Notes under the pieces: generated by a model
What the model saw: only the letters and a program-made list of their open reading frames with translations
Database searches by the model: none
What the model was told of the DNA's origin: nothing
Program-made: the position numbers and the translations under genes
Assembly (NCBI RefSeq): GCF_041260665.1
Contig: NZ_JBGCCT010000019.1
Coordinates: 59,492-123,491 of the forward strand
Direction: 5' to 3'
DNA from: Catenulispora sp. GP43
GTDB lineage: Bacteria; Actinomycetota; Actinomycetes; Streptomycetales; Catenulisporaceae
Length of the DNA: 64,000 nt
Shown here: positions 27,275 to 36,975 of the stretch, one piece after another
Numbering within the stretch: position 1 is the stretch's first letter
Layout of the letters: the number at the start of each line of letters is the position of its first letter

Positions 27275-28903
27275 GTGAACGGGAGCACGGAAGAGACTCA
27301 GAAGCCTGTGCCGGTCGGGGCCGGCGGCTATGCCGGCGTTGGCGGCGCTACCAGCTACGGGGGCGGGGACGGCGGCGCTACCGTCCTTCGTCCCGGCCGC
27401 GTCGCCTGGCGGCCGATCGCACTGGTGGCGGCGGTCGCCGGAGCGGTCCACCTGGCGGTGGCGACCCGCTACGGCTGGCACCACGACGAGTTCTACTACG
27501 TCATCTGCGGCCGGCACCCGGCGTTCGGCTACGTCGACCAGCCGCCGGCGGCGCCGTTGCTGGCCCGGTTCGCGGACGCGGACGGCGGCCTGTTCGGCGT
27601 GCGGCTGCTGGCGATCCTGGCGCAGCTCGGCTGCATCGTGTTGACCGGGGAGCTGGCGGCGCAGTTCGGGGCACGGCGCGCGGCGCAGACGCTGGCGGCC
27701 GCGGCGGTGGCGGCGTGTCCGGTGTTCGTGGCGGCGTCGATGTTGTTCGGGACGACGGTGCTGGACCAGGTGGCGTGGGCGGCGTTGTTCGTGGTGGTGA
27801 CGCGGGCGCTGCGGGAGAACCGGGTGCGCTGGTGGGCGGCGTCTGGCGCGGTCGCAGGGCTCGGGTTCGAGGGCAAGAACACGATCGCGGTTCTGGTGCT
27901 CGGTATCGCGGTGGGTCTGGTGGTACATCGACGGGAGGTACTACGGACGGCGGGTCCGTGGGTCGCACTGGCGCTGGCGGTACTGCTCGCGGCGCCGAAC
28001 GTGGTGTGGGACGCGCTGCACGGCTGGCCGAACCTGACGATGGACCGCGCGCTGTCGCAGCAGCAGGGCGGGCCGTTGGGCTCGCTGGCCCGGATCCCGG
28101 AACTGCCGCTACTGCTGTCCGGACCGCCGTTGATCGGCCTGTGGTGGCTGGGCCTGCGCTGGCTGCGTTCGCCGGCCGGGCGGGAGCACCGCTGGCTGGT
28201 CCCGACGGCGGCGGTGGTGACGGCGGTGTTCGTCTGCGGCGGCGGCAAGGTCTACTACCCGGCGCCGCTGCTGGTGCCGCTGTTCGCGGCCGGGGCGGTC
28301 GCTGCTCCGATCCAGTGGTATCCGCGGCGGGGCCTTCGTTCGGCGGTTGACGGTGCGGGACAATCGACGCGAGGGTGGTTGTCCCCCGGATTGGGGCGGG
28401 GTGGGAGGGGGGTCGCGATATCAGCCCTCGTCGCCGCCGTCATCGGCCTGCCGGTCCTGCCCCCGGCCGCGGCCACCGCGCTGACTCCGGTGAACCCCGA
28501 GCTGATGGAGACCTACGGGTGGCCGCAGTTCACGCGTGAGGTCGCCGTCGCGGCCGCGTCGCAGCCGGCGAGCGTGCCGATCTTCACCAGCGACTTCGGG
28601 GAGGCCGGGGCGCTGACCATCCTGGGCCCCGGCGCCGGTCTGCGGCGTCCCGTCTACAGCGGCCACGACAGCTACGTGTACTGGGGCCCGCCGGCCGGCA
28701 CGCCGGACGTGGTGCTGTGCGTCGGCAAGTTCCCGGCGGGGTACCTGAGCCGGTTCTGGGAGCAGGTCACCGAAATCGCGCCGATCACCTTCCCCGCCGG
28801 TCTGAAGAACGCCGAGACCGACCGGCACGCCGCGATCTACCTGTGCCGCCGGCCGCGCGGGACGTGGGCGCAGTTGTGGCCGGAGTTGCATCACGTGGAC
28901 TAG
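27275..28903 (+). CDS. glycosyltransferase family 39/83-type (PMT/ArnT-like) membrane protein
   Basis: DExxY-type motif in the first loop (HHDEFYYV). Multiple TM helices with a C-terminal soluble domain. Gly-rich N-terminal extension. 542 aa. Confidence 0.75.
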   Translation: MNGSTEETQKPVPVGAGGYAGVGGATSYGGGDGGATVLRPGRVAWRPIALVAAVAGAVHLAVATRYGWHHDEFYYVICGRHPAFGYVDQPPAAPLLARFADADGGLFGVRLLAILAQLGCIVLTGELAAQFGARRAAQTLAAAAVAACPVFVAASMLFGTTVLDQVAWAALFVVVTRALRENRVRWWAASGAVAGLGFEGKNTIAVLVLGIAVGLVVHRREVLRTAGPWVALALAVLLAAPNVVWDALHGWPNLTMDRALSQQQGGPLGSLARIPELPLLLSGPPLIGLWWLGLRWLRSPAGREHRWLVPTAAVVTAVFVCGGGKVYYPAPLLVPLFAAGAVAAPIQWYPRRGLRSAVDGAGQSTRGWLSPGLGRGGRGVAISALVAAVIGLPVLPPAAATALTPVNPELMETYGWPQFTREVAVAAASQPASVPIFTSDFGEAGALTILGPGAGLRRPVYSGHDSYVYWGPPAGTPDVVLCVGKFPAGYLSRFWEQVTEIAPITFPAGLKNAETDRHAAIYLCRRPRGTWAQLWPELHHVD

Positions 28904-28985
28904 TGGAAGACGCATGCAACCTGGATCCCACGGCCGGCGTCGTGGTGGGTTGACGAGCAGGTGACGGCGGCAGTGAGGGGAACCG

Positions 28986-29537
28986 GTGGGAGCGGAGAGG
29001 GATTTCGACGACTTCTATCTCGGCACGGTGCGCAAAGTGACGGCGCAGATCATCGCATTGCTGGGGGACGCCGCGGAGGCCGAGGACGCCGTCCAGGAAG
29101 CCTATGCGCGTGCCTGGCAGCGTTGGGACTCCGTGTCGAAGATGGACGACCCCGTCGCGTGGGTGCGGGTCGTCGCGTATCGGATCAAGGTGTCGGCGTG
29201 GCGGTCGGCCGTCCGGCGGGTCGCCGCGCACCGGCGGCACGGGCCGCCCGGGAACGTGCCCGACCACAGCCCTGATTCGGTGGCGTTGATCGCGGCGCTG
29301 CGGCAGATCCCGGAGGCGCAGCGGCGGGCGATCGTGTTGTTCCACATCGCGGGGCTGACGATCGAGCAGGTCGCCGCCGAGGTCGGGGCCCCGACCGGGA
29401 CGATCAAGGCGCGGCTTTCCCGGGGGCGCGCCGCGCTGGCGGTGCTTCTGGCCGAACCGGCTGCCGACAGTCCGGCGGCGGCCTCGCCCCTGAAGGCAGT
29501 ACTCGACAACGGAAGCGGGGAGTACAGCTATGTCTGA
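28986..29537 (+). CDS. ECF-type RNA polymerase sigma-70 factor
   Basis: Region 2 (DAVQEAYARAWQRW) and region 4 HTH (QRRAIVLFHIAGLTIEQVAAEVGAPTGTIKARLSRGR). Stop overlaps the downstream start. Confidence 0.8.
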   Translation: MGAERDFDDFYLGTVRKVTAQIIALLGDAAEAEDAVQEAYARAWQRWDSVSKMDDPVAWVRVVAYRIKVSAWRSAVRRVAAHRRHGPPGNVPDHSPDSVALIAALRQIPEAQRRAIVLFHIAGLTIEQVAAEVGAPTGTIKARLSRGRAALAVLLAEPAADSPAAASPLKAVLDNGSGEYSYV

Positions 29538-30228
29538 GAACCTCGACGAGCGCCTGGCCGCGGGCGCGGCGCGGCTGGAGCAGGAAGCCGCGGTCCGGTC
29601 GCCGGCCGATGTGCGGGCCCGGGGAGACCAGCGGCGCAGGCGGCACACCGCGACGATGGCGGTGGTGCCGGTGGCCGTTCTGGCTATCGCCGGGACCGCC
29701 GGGCTGACGTTGCGGCCCTCGGGCGGGGCGTCCCGGCCGAACATGGGGGGCTCGCCTACGGTGTCCGACGTTCGGACCTCGGCTGCCGGCGCGACGCCGA
29801 CCAAAACGTCGGCGCCCGTGCCCGCGCCAACGCAGGCGCCGACGCGGGCGCTGGCAGCCAGCGTGGACCTGGCCCGGCACACGCTGACCGTCCTCGATGC
29901 GCAGGGCAAGAAGATCAAGACCCTGGGGATCTCGGCCGGCTCGCCTCAGCATCCGACTCCGACCGGGACCTTCACCGTCGTGGACAAGAAGCCGTCGGAG
30001 AAGGTCACCGCCCCGATCGGCCCGGACAACTACAGCCTGATCGTCTACTCCTACATCGACCTCGGTCCGAACGCGCCGGGCATCTACGCCTCGCCCTGGG
30101 ATCAACCGCACTTCGGCAAGGACAACGCCACCCGCGGCGAGATCGCGCTCAGCCCCGACGACGCGACCTGGCTCTACGGCCGGCTGGCCGTCGGTGACAC
30201 GATCCAGGTCGGCGACGCCGCAGGCTAA
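29530..30228 (+). CDS. putative anti-sigma factor with C-terminal L,D-transpeptidase-like (YkuD) domain lacking the catalytic Cys
   Basis: Coupled to the ECF sigma gene. One TM segment. The C-terminal YkuD-like fold keeps the His (HFG) but reads TRGEIAL where SHGCIRL is expected. Confidence 0.55.
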   Translation: MSENLDERLAAGAARLEQEAAVRSPADVRARGDQRRRRHTATMAVVPVAVLAIAGTAGLTLRPSGGASRPNMGGSPTVSDVRTSAAGATPTKTSAPVPAPTQAPTRALAASVDLARHTLTVLDAQGKKIKTLGISAGSPQHPTPTGTFTVVDKKPSEKVTAPIGPDNYSLIVYSYIDLGPNAPGIYASPWDQPHFGKDNATRGEIALSPDDATWLYGRLAVGDTIQVGDAAG

Positions 30229-30237
30229 GTCCGTCGG

Positions 30238-31128
30238 CTATGCCCGCCGGGCCGTGTACACCACCGTCAGCCGCGGATCCTCAACGCTCCCGCCGAGGTC
30301 GTCGATGATCCCGCCGAGCCGGTCCAGGAACTCGGTGTGGGCCGCCGGTGCGAGTTCGATGATGTTCGGGAACGTCGACCACAGGTCGCGCGCCGTCTGC
30401 GGGGTCAGCCTCTGCTGCCATTCGATGATCTCGACCTGGACGTCCTCGAAGAAGCCGCCGGCGGTCAGCTGCGCACGCCACCGGTCGGTGTCCAGCACGT
30501 GGGAGCGGCTGGCGCGGTAGCCGGGTTCGGCGGGCAGCAGGTCGTGGTAGACCTCGTCGAGGCGGTCGCGGAAGACGGTGGGGCGGTTGACGTCGCCGAA
30601 CTCGTTCCACCAGGCGGCCAGATGGCCGCCGGGGCGGACCTGTCGGCCGATCTTCCCGGTCGAGGTGTCGGGGTCGAGCCAGTGCAGGGCGGTCGCGGCG
30701 ACGGCGAGGTCGAATCCGCCGGGAAGGTCGGCGGATTCGAAGTCGGAGACGATGACCTCGAGGTGGTCGCCGGCGTGTTCGGCGAACAGGATCGCGGCCA
30801 GGTCGGCGCCGGGTTCGACGGCGACCACGTGCGCTCCGGCGGCGAGCAGGGTTCCGGTGGCCAGGCCGCTGCCGGCGCCGATCTCCAGTACGCGGGCGCC
30901 CGGGCGTAGTCCGCAGCGGTCGGTCAGGAGGTCGAAGACGGCGTCGGGGTAGGGCGGCCGACCGCGGCGGTAGGTGGTGGCGTCGGTGTTGAAGGACATC
31001 CGGCGGGCCTCGCGCGTTCGCGCCGTGTCAGCGCTCGGCGACGCTTCAATGCTCGGCGGTGCTTCAGGGCTCGGTGATGCTTCAGTGCTCGGCGATGATT
31101 CAGATGGCTGATGTGCATGCTCGTTCAC
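30238..31128 (-). CDS. class I SAM-dependent methyltransferase
   Basis: Motif I VLEIGAGSGLATGTL and acidic motif II. The first ~43 codons are encoded by an 18-bp tandem repeat; an alternative start at 30999 (MSFNTD) would exclude them. Confidence 0.7.
   Translation of the reverse strand: MNEHAHQPSESSPSTEASPSPEAPPSIEASPSADTARTREARRMSFNTDATTYRRGRPPYPDAVFDLLTDRCGLRPGARVLEIGAGSGLATGTLLAAGAHVVAVEPGADLAAILFAEHAGDHLEVIVSDFESADLPGGFDLAVAATALHWLDPDTSTGKIGRQVRPGGHLAAWWNEFGDVNRPTVFRDRLDEVYHDLLPAEPGYRASRSHVLDTDRWRAQLTAGGFFEDVQVEIIEWQQRLTPQTARDLWSTFPNIIELAPAAHTEFLDRLGGIIDDLGGSVEDPRLTVVYTARRA
31032..31105. repeat. imperfect tandem repeat, ~18-bp unit x4 (GCTCGGCGNNGCTTCANN)
   Basis: Direct inspection. 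Lies in the N-terminal region / 5' leader of the methyltransferase gene. Confidence 0.6.
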
Positions 31129-31225
31129 CCCGGCACTGTGCCAGCCCGAGGCTGTCGGGCAGAAATGGATTTGGCGGACGCCGGCAGGCCCGGGACAACG
31201 GCGTCCGCCATCGGTGAGCGAAGGC

Positions 31226-32776
31226 CTACTCCTCGTTCTTCATCGCACCGAGCACCGCCGATACCTGCGCGACGATGCCCGCGAGTGTTCCGGCGTCGGT
31301 TCCGCCGACCGTCACCGCCTTGTACTCCGAGGGCGTCGGCAGGTTCTCCACGATCTGCGGCAGCCGCCCGATCAGCTCGGCCTGCAACGCGGCGGCCGAG
31401 CGCGCGTTGGCGATCTCCGCCCGTACCCGCTCTCGTTCCAGTTCCATCAGCAGCCGGTCGTGGTCGGCGGCGTGCCGGGCTCGGGTGGCGGCGAGTTCGG
31501 CCTCCAGCCGCATCCGGCTCAGTTCTTGTTCCTCCTCCAGTCGCAGGCGTGCCATCACGCTTTCCTGTTCGTGGCGGTCGCGTTCCAGGGCGAGGGTGTG
31601 CAGGCGGGTGCGGTGTGCCTCGTCGGCGGCTTTGCGGGCGTTCGTCTGCGACTGTTCGTCGCGGCGTGCTTGTTCGCTGCTGTCGCGGTCGAACTCGCGT
31701 GCGGCGTTCAGGGCCCGCAGCTCGGACAGTTCGCGCTCGTCGGACAGGCGGCGGGTCTCCTGCTTGCGGCTCTCGGCCATGCGGCTGTCGGTGATGACGC
31801 TGTCGGCGGCCAGTTCCGCCAGCGCGGCCAGGCGCCCCTGCTCGGAGCGGAACGGCTTTTGCAGGTTCTCCCACAGCGTCTTGGAGCTGACCACCGCCTC
31901 CTTGATCTGGACGGTGACGATCCGCAGGCCCAGGCCGTCCTCGGCCTGGCCGGCGCCCTCGGCGACGCCGCGCAGCCGGGCCGTGAGCTCCTCGATGATG
32001 GGCTGCCGGTCGGAGAGCACCTCGTGCACGCTCATGGTGGCGACCTTGTCCTTGATCGCCGCCTCGGCCTGCTCGCACAGTTGCAGGTTCACCAGCCGCA
32101 TCGGGTCCTCCGGGTCGGAGAAGTCCAGTTTGCGGTAGGCGGTGCCGAAGTCCTCGATGATCCACTGCACGTAGGCCTGGACCAGGATGCCCTGCAGCTC
32201 GCTGCAGATGCAGAACGCGTTCATCAAGATGGTCTGCATGGCGCCGGGCACGACCAGGAACGAGTCGGTGGCCGGCCGGTAGCGGAAGGAGACGCCCAGG
32301 CCGATGTGCCGGGGCTTGCTCTCGCCGCGGCGGGTGTGGACCACGAACGCGTTCGGCGGCACCAGCACGGTCTTGAAACGGCCGATGCCGGTGACGCGGA
32401 CCTCGACGCTGTTGGCCGGCGCCGGTCCGATGCCGCGTCCGGCGTCGGCCTCGGCGGCGAAACGTTCCAGGCGTGCGGCGCGGGGGCGGCCCGGGCCGCC
32501 CCCGCCCGGGGCCGGGGCCAGAGCCGGGGCGGGCATCGAAGCGGCCGGGGGCATCGGTTCGGGCATCCCCGCGGGGGCCTGCGGCGGCGGGTACGGCCCC
32601 GACGACACCGACGGCGGCGTCGGCTTGGCCGCCGCTCGCTCCCGCTTGTCCATCTTCTCCGAGCGCTGAACGCCGGTGTTCGAACCGGCGTAGCCCTTGG
32701 AGCGCAGATCGGATTCCAGACGTTCTTGATTGGCCAAGACATCGTCGAGATAGGTGTTGCGGCCTTGGTCCGCCAC
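31226..32776 (-). CDS. SPFH/band-7 (flotillin-like) domain protein with Pro-rich N-terminal linker and C-terminal coiled coil
   Basis: GTG at 32776 with RBS CAGGGGGTGA. Central SPFH-like block (IGLGVSFRYRPATDSFLVVPGAMQTILMNAF...LRIVTVQIKE). Long heptad E/R/A-rich region (flotillin-like). Confidence 0.7.
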   Translation of the reverse strand: MADQGRNTYLDDVLANQERLESDLRSKGYAGSNTGVQRSEKMDKRERAAAKPTPPSVSSGPYPPPQAPAGMPEPMPPAASMPAPALAPAPGGGGPGRPRAARLERFAAEADAGRGIGPAPANSVEVRVTGIGRFKTVLVPPNAFVVHTRRGESKPRHIGLGVSFRYRPATDSFLVVPGAMQTILMNAFCICSELQGILVQAYVQWIIEDFGTAYRKLDFSDPEDPMRLVNLQLCEQAEAAIKDKVATMSVHEVLSDRQPIIEELTARLRGVAEGAGQAEDGLGLRIVTVQIKEAVVSSKTLWENLQKPFRSEQGRLAALAELAADSVITDSRMAESRKQETRRLSDERELSELRALNAAREFDRDSSEQARRDEQSQTNARKAADEAHRTRLHTLALERDRHEQESVMARLRLEEEQELSRMRLEAELAATRARHAADHDRLLMELERERVRAEIANARSAAALQAELIGRLPQIVENLPTPSEYKAVTVGGTDAGTLAGIVAQVSAVLGAMKNEE

Positions 32777-32915
32777 GATGTCACCCCCTGGATAGTCGCA
32801 ATGGTGACGGAACCGTAGCAGGGCTCGACGACAGTCGGAGGGGGAATCGGGCAGGGCCAAAGCCCCGGAAGTGGCCCTTGGGCCGGGTCCGGGCCGACAG
32901 TTATGATCATCAGGC

Positions 32916-34082
32916 ATGGAAACCCCCGACAACCCCCTGTGGGGCGACGACTGGACCGAGGTCCATGCCCTGTTCGACACCCTCCAGGCCGGCCACGCCT
33001 ACCTGAACCACGGCGGCTTCGGCAACCCCCCGCGCACCGTGATGCTCGCCCAGCGACAGTGGCGGGCGCGGATGGACGCGAACGCGACCCGGTTCTTCCG
33101 CCGGGAGCTGGCCCCGGGGATGGCCACGGCCGGCCGTGCCGTCGCGGAGTTCCTCGGCGCCCCGGCCGGCGACACGGTCGCGCTGGTCACGAACGTCACC
33201 ACGGCCACCACCATCGCCGTGGACTCGGTCCCGCTGGCCGCCGGGGACGAGTTCCTGGTCACCGACCACGGCTACCCGACCGCCACCTGGGCGGTCGAGC
33301 GCCGGGCCCGGGAGGCCGGGGCGAGCGTGGTGACCGCGCGGATACCGCTGGCCGCCGACGCCGCCGAGATCGCGCAGGCCGTGCTGGCGGCGGTGACACC
33401 GCGCACGAAGGTGGCGCTGATCGACCACATCACCTCCTCCACGGCGCGCCGGTTCCCGGTCGAGGAACTGGTGCCTGCCCTACAGGAACGCGGCGTGATC
33501 GTCATCGTCGACGCCGCGCACGCCCCCGGCATGGTGCCGATCGACCTGGCCGCGCTGAACCCGGACTTCTGGGGCGGGAACCTGCACAAGTGGGGTTACG
33601 CGCCGCGTTCGGCCGGGGCGTTCTGGGCGGCGCCGAAGTGGCGGCCGGCGCTGCGCAACCCGATCGTGTCGTGGGGGCAGGACGAGGAGTTCCCGCTGAA
33701 CCTGCAGGAGATCGGCACCCACGACGCCACCTCGCGGCTGTGCGCGCCGAACGGCATAGCGTTCCTGCGTGCGCTGGGCCCGCAGCGGGTGCGGGAGCAC
33801 AACGTGAAGCTCGCCGAGTACGGGCAAACGGCGCTGGCCTCGGCGCTGGATGTCGATCCGGCGACGCTGCCGGGGGATGCGGGGGTGTCGATGCGGCTGG
33901 TGCCGCTGCCGGTGCCGTACGACGATCCGCGCGACCTGCAGGCGGAGATCTCCGATCGGCTCGGTGTGGAGGTGTCGGTGCCGAAGTGGAACGGGATGAC
34001 GCTGCTGCGGGTGAGCGCGAACGTTTACAACGCCCCGTCGGAGTACGACAGGCTGGCCGCGGGGATCAGGTCCGTGTTGTAA
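32916..34082 (+). CDS. aminotransferase class V (cysteine desulfurase/isopenicillin-N-epimerase-like) PLP enzyme
   Basis: PLP-lysine context NLHKWGYAPRS. Fold-type I arrangement. 388 aa. Confidence 0.8.
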   Translation: METPDNPLWGDDWTEVHALFDTLQAGHAYLNHGGFGNPPRTVMLAQRQWRARMDANATRFFRRELAPGMATAGRAVAEFLGAPAGDTVALVTNVTTATTIAVDSVPLAAGDEFLVTDHGYPTATWAVERRAREAGASVVTARIPLAADAAEIAQAVLAAVTPRTKVALIDHITSSTARRFPVEELVPALQERGVIVIVDAAHAPGMVPIDLAALNPDFWGGNLHKWGYAPRSAGAFWAAPKWRPALRNPIVSWGQDEEFPLNLQEIGTHDATSRLCAPNGIAFLRALGPQRVREHNVKLAEYGQTALASALDVDPATLPGDAGVSMRLVPLPVPYDDPRDLQAEISDRLGVEVSVPKWNGMTLLRVSANVYNAPSEYDRLAAGIRSVL

Positions 34083-34836
34083 GAACGACGGGTTGGTCGG
34101 GGCCGACCGGACCGCCGAACCACGTCGGCAGGGCGCGCGCCCCGATCGCCACGTCCAGGGCGGCGCGCGCCTGCAGCCGGGTGGAGTCCAGGGTGGGCAG
34201 CGGCGAGGTCTCGGGGGTGATCAGCAGCGGGATCTCGGTGCAGACCAGGGCGACGGCGTCGCAGCCTTCGGCCGCGAGATGGTCGATGACGCGCTGGTAG
34301 GCGGTGCGGGCGCGGTCGGTGAAGATGCCGTTGACGAGTTCGTCGAAGATGATCGTGTCGACGGTCGCGCGGTCGGCGGCGTCGGGGGCGGCTGCGGTGA
34401 TGCCGCGGGCGGCCATGGCTCGGGGGTATACGGGCCCTTCCATGGTGAAGCGGGTGCCGAGGATGCCGACTTTGCGGTGGCCGCGGGCGGCGGCCTCGTC
34501 GGCGACGACCTCGGCGATGTGCAGGCCGGGGATCGGGTAGGGGTCGCCGTCGAGTTCGAAGGCCAGGTGGGCGGTGTTGTCGGGGCAGATGAAGAAGTCG
34601 GCTCCGGCGGCGGCCAGGCGTTGGGCGCTTTCGCGCAGGATGGCGCGCACGGCGTGGTAGTCCCCGGCTTCCCAGTACGGCATGGAGCGGGACAGCGGAA
34701 TCAGGTCGAGGGTGACGTCCGGGTGCGCGTGGGGGCCGAGGCGGGCGAAGCCTTCGCGGCAGAATGTCTGGAACGACAGCGCGGCGCCTTCGGCGGAGTG
34801 CGCGAGGATGCCGAGGTGGCGGTGGTTCGTCTGCAT
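34066..34836 (-). CDS. Asp/Glu/hydantoin racemase family protein
   Basis: 256 aa from MQTNHRHLGIL. Two Cys-containing half-site motifs (FFICPDNTAH; ALVCTEIPLL) typical of this family. The track ORF extends to 35376 but the upstream part is non-coding-like. Confidence 0.7.
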   Translation of the reverse strand: MQTNHRHLGILAHSAEGAALSFQTFCREGFARLGPHAHPDVTLDLIPLSRSMPYWEAGDYHAVRAILRESAQRLAAAGADFFICPDNTAHLAFELDGDPYPIPGLHIAEVVADEAAARGHRKVGILGTRFTMEGPVYPRAMAARGITAAAPDAADRATVDTIIFDELVNGIFTDRARTAYQRVIDHLAAEGCDAVALVCTEIPLLITPETSPLPTLDSTRLQARAALDVAIGARALPTWFGGPVGPDQPVVLTTRT

Positions 34837-34957
34837 CGCAGCATTGTCCCCCGCGCGAGGCGTTCCGCTCTGGTGCGTCCTCGGCGATGCTAGAGGGGTG
34901 CGGCTGCGACGGGAGAGGGGCGCCGGCTGGCGGATCGCTGTGGGCGACCGGCAGACG

Positions 34958-35506
34958 ATGACGATGGCTTTGTGGCTGCGCGACGCGTCGGGCATGTCAC
35001 CGGATCTGGATCCGGAGATCCCGCCGTTGGATCCGCCGGTGGAGGTGGACAAGAGGTTGGCTGCGCTGGCCGGGCCTCGTGCCACGGCGCAGTGGACCGG
35101 GTTGTGGCTGGGGTTGTGGGAGGGCCGGTTGGAGGATTGGTTCGCCTTGAAGACGTTCGGCCCGCCCGGCTTCGAGCTGTTGGTCCGTTCCCCGGAGCTG
35201 AAGAAGCTGGTCGAGGCGGGGTTCCTGGAGGCGGCTCGGTGGTCGGCCGATTTCCGTCTGATGGCCTCGCGCGGCAGCGGGGCGCCGACGTCGGCGTCCC
35301 GGGAGCCGGCCGCGGTGGTGCGGCAGTTGGAGAGCGAGTTGGGGCGCCAGGCGCGGGAGTTCGAACTCGATATCACGGTGCTGCCGGTGGCCGGGCGGAT
35401 GTTCTGGCCGTTGGCCGACGGCGGGCTGGCGGTGAGCGGGAACCTGCTGCGTGATGCGTCGGCGTTCCGGGCGCTGCTTTATGACGTGCTGGCACCGGTG
35501 GTGTAG
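34958..35506 (+). CDS. hypothetical protein
   Basis: ~182 aa from MTMALWLRD... Divergent from the racemase. The upstream part of the track ORF is antisense to the racemase. Confidence 0.4.
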   Translation: MTMALWLRDASGMSPDLDPEIPPLDPPVEVDKRLAALAGPRATAQWTGLWLGLWEGRLEDWFALKTFGPPGFELLVRSPELKKLVEAGFLEAARWSADFRLMASRGSGAPTSASREPAAVVRQLESELGRQAREFELDITVLPVAGRMFWPLADGGLAVSGNLLRDASAFRALLYDVLAPVV

Positions 35507-35632
35507 GGCTGCGGTCTGGGGCGTGGCCGACGTCGGGTGGGAGGCGCCTCGGGGGACCTCGGAGCTGCCCGACATCCGGTGGTGGGATGCGGTGTGACCG
35601 TCGGCCGGCCGCCGGCGGCTACTGTGAGAATC

Positions 35633-36217
35633 ATGACCGCCCCCGCCAAGCGCCCGGGTCGCCGGCCCGGGTCGGCCGACACCCGCGGCCAGATCCTGGA
35701 CGCGGCGCGCGCCGAGTTCGCTTCGCGGGGCTATGAGAAGGCGACGGTGCGGGGGATCGCGCGGGCCGCCGGGGTGGATTCGGCGCTGGTGCACCACTAC
35801 TTCGGGTCGAAGGAGCGGGTGTTCGTCGCGGCGTTGGAGTTCCCGGTGGATCCGGCGGTGGTGCTGGAGCAGGTGGCTGGGGATCCGGCGGGGATCGGTG
35901 AGCGGCTGGCGCGGTTCGTGGTGGGGTTGTGGGAGGTGCCGCAGGCGCGGGAGCGGTTGTTGGCGGTGTTGCGGACGATCGCTTCGAACGAGGACATGGC
36001 GGCCCTGGTGCGCGGGTTCGCCCGGCCGCGGCTGGTGGTGCCGTTGGCGGCGCGGGTCGGTGGGCCCGATGCCGAGGCGCGGGTGGAGATGGCGTTGGCG
36101 CAGATCATCGGGCTGGCGGTGGCGCGGTATGTGATCGGGGTGGAGCCGGTGGCTTCGCTGGGTTCTGAGGAGTTGGTGGCGTTGTTGGCGCCGGCTTTGC
36201 AGCGGTTCTTGGGCTGA
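35633..36217 (+). CDS. TetR/AcrR family transcriptional regulator
   Basis: HTH signature RGQILDAARAEFASRGYEKATVRGIARAAGVDSALVHHYFGSKE. Confidence 0.8.
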   Translation: MTAPAKRPGRRPGSADTRGQILDAARAEFASRGYEKATVRGIARAAGVDSALVHHYFGSKERVFVAALEFPVDPAVVLEQVAGDPAGIGERLARFVVGLWEVPQARERLLAVLRTIASNEDMAALVRGFARPRLVVPLAARVGGPDAEARVEMALAQIIGLAVARYVIGVEPVASLGSEELVALLAPALQRFLG

Positions 36218-36250
36218 GGTGTGCCAGGTCGTAGAACGAGGTGCGGCCGC

Positions 36251-36775
36251 TTACCAGGCGTTGGAACCTGATCTCAGGAGCTTTACGTATTGTCGGATGC
36301 GTAGCACGTCGTCGGGGAAGCAGCTGTCCCAGTTCTGGTCGAGCCGCATCCAGATCGCGGGCTGTCCGGGCTCTGGGATCAGCGGTTGTTCCGGGTCGCC
36401 GATGGCGGCGTAGGACAGGGACAGCGTCACCGGCAAATCGGGGTGGAACGATCGCACCGCCACGGCGGCGGGGGTCTCCAGCAACTGCGGCCGCAGCCCG
36501 GTCTCCTCGGCGAGTTCCCGGGCCGCGCCGTCGCGCGGGCACTCTCCGGGTTCGACCTTGCCACCGGGTGGGACCAGCCCGCGTACTGGGTTCCTGACCA
36601 GCACGATCTGTTCCAGGGCCGGGTCCAGGACCCACACCTCGGCGCCCAGCGGTTCTACGGTGCCGACCAGTGCGGCGCCGAACCAGGCCCTGGCGTGGTC
36701 GAACTCCAGCGTCGCGTTCTCGGCGTCGGCGACGGCGGCGTCGAGCGGACGTTGTTCGAACGGGCTACGGATCAT
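36251..36775 (-). CDS. NUDIX hydrolase
   Basis: Nudix box GGKVEPGECPRDGAARELAEETG. Confidence 0.8.
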   Translation of the reverse strand: MIRSPFEQRPLDAAVADAENATLEFDHARAWFGAALVGTVEPLGAEVWVLDPALEQIVLVRNPVRGLVPPGGKVEPGECPRDGAARELAEETGLRPQLLETPAAVAVRSFHPDLPVTLSLSYAAIGDPEQPLIPEPGQPAIWMRLDQNWDSCFPDDVLRIRQYVKLLRSGSNAW

Positions 36776-36975
36776 CGCGACAGGCTATAGACCGCTACTG
36801 ACACCGGGGCGGGTTGTAGCGGACGCACCGATCGGTACTCCGCCGGGAGTTAATACCGTGGCCTGAAACCGTTACGGCGCAATGCGAACCGTTTTTCAGG
36901 TCCGCATCGCGCCGTTGTCCGGGTCGGGTCGGGGCGGGTCTCCTCGCCTCGTGTCGTGCCGTGGTCGGCTTCCGC

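Noticed and set aside
29530-30228. Active L,D-transpeptidase
   Set aside because: The catalytic Cys position reads Glu (TRGEIAL vs SHGCIRL), so enzymatic activity is unlikely. Annotated as an anti-sigma/sensor-type protein.
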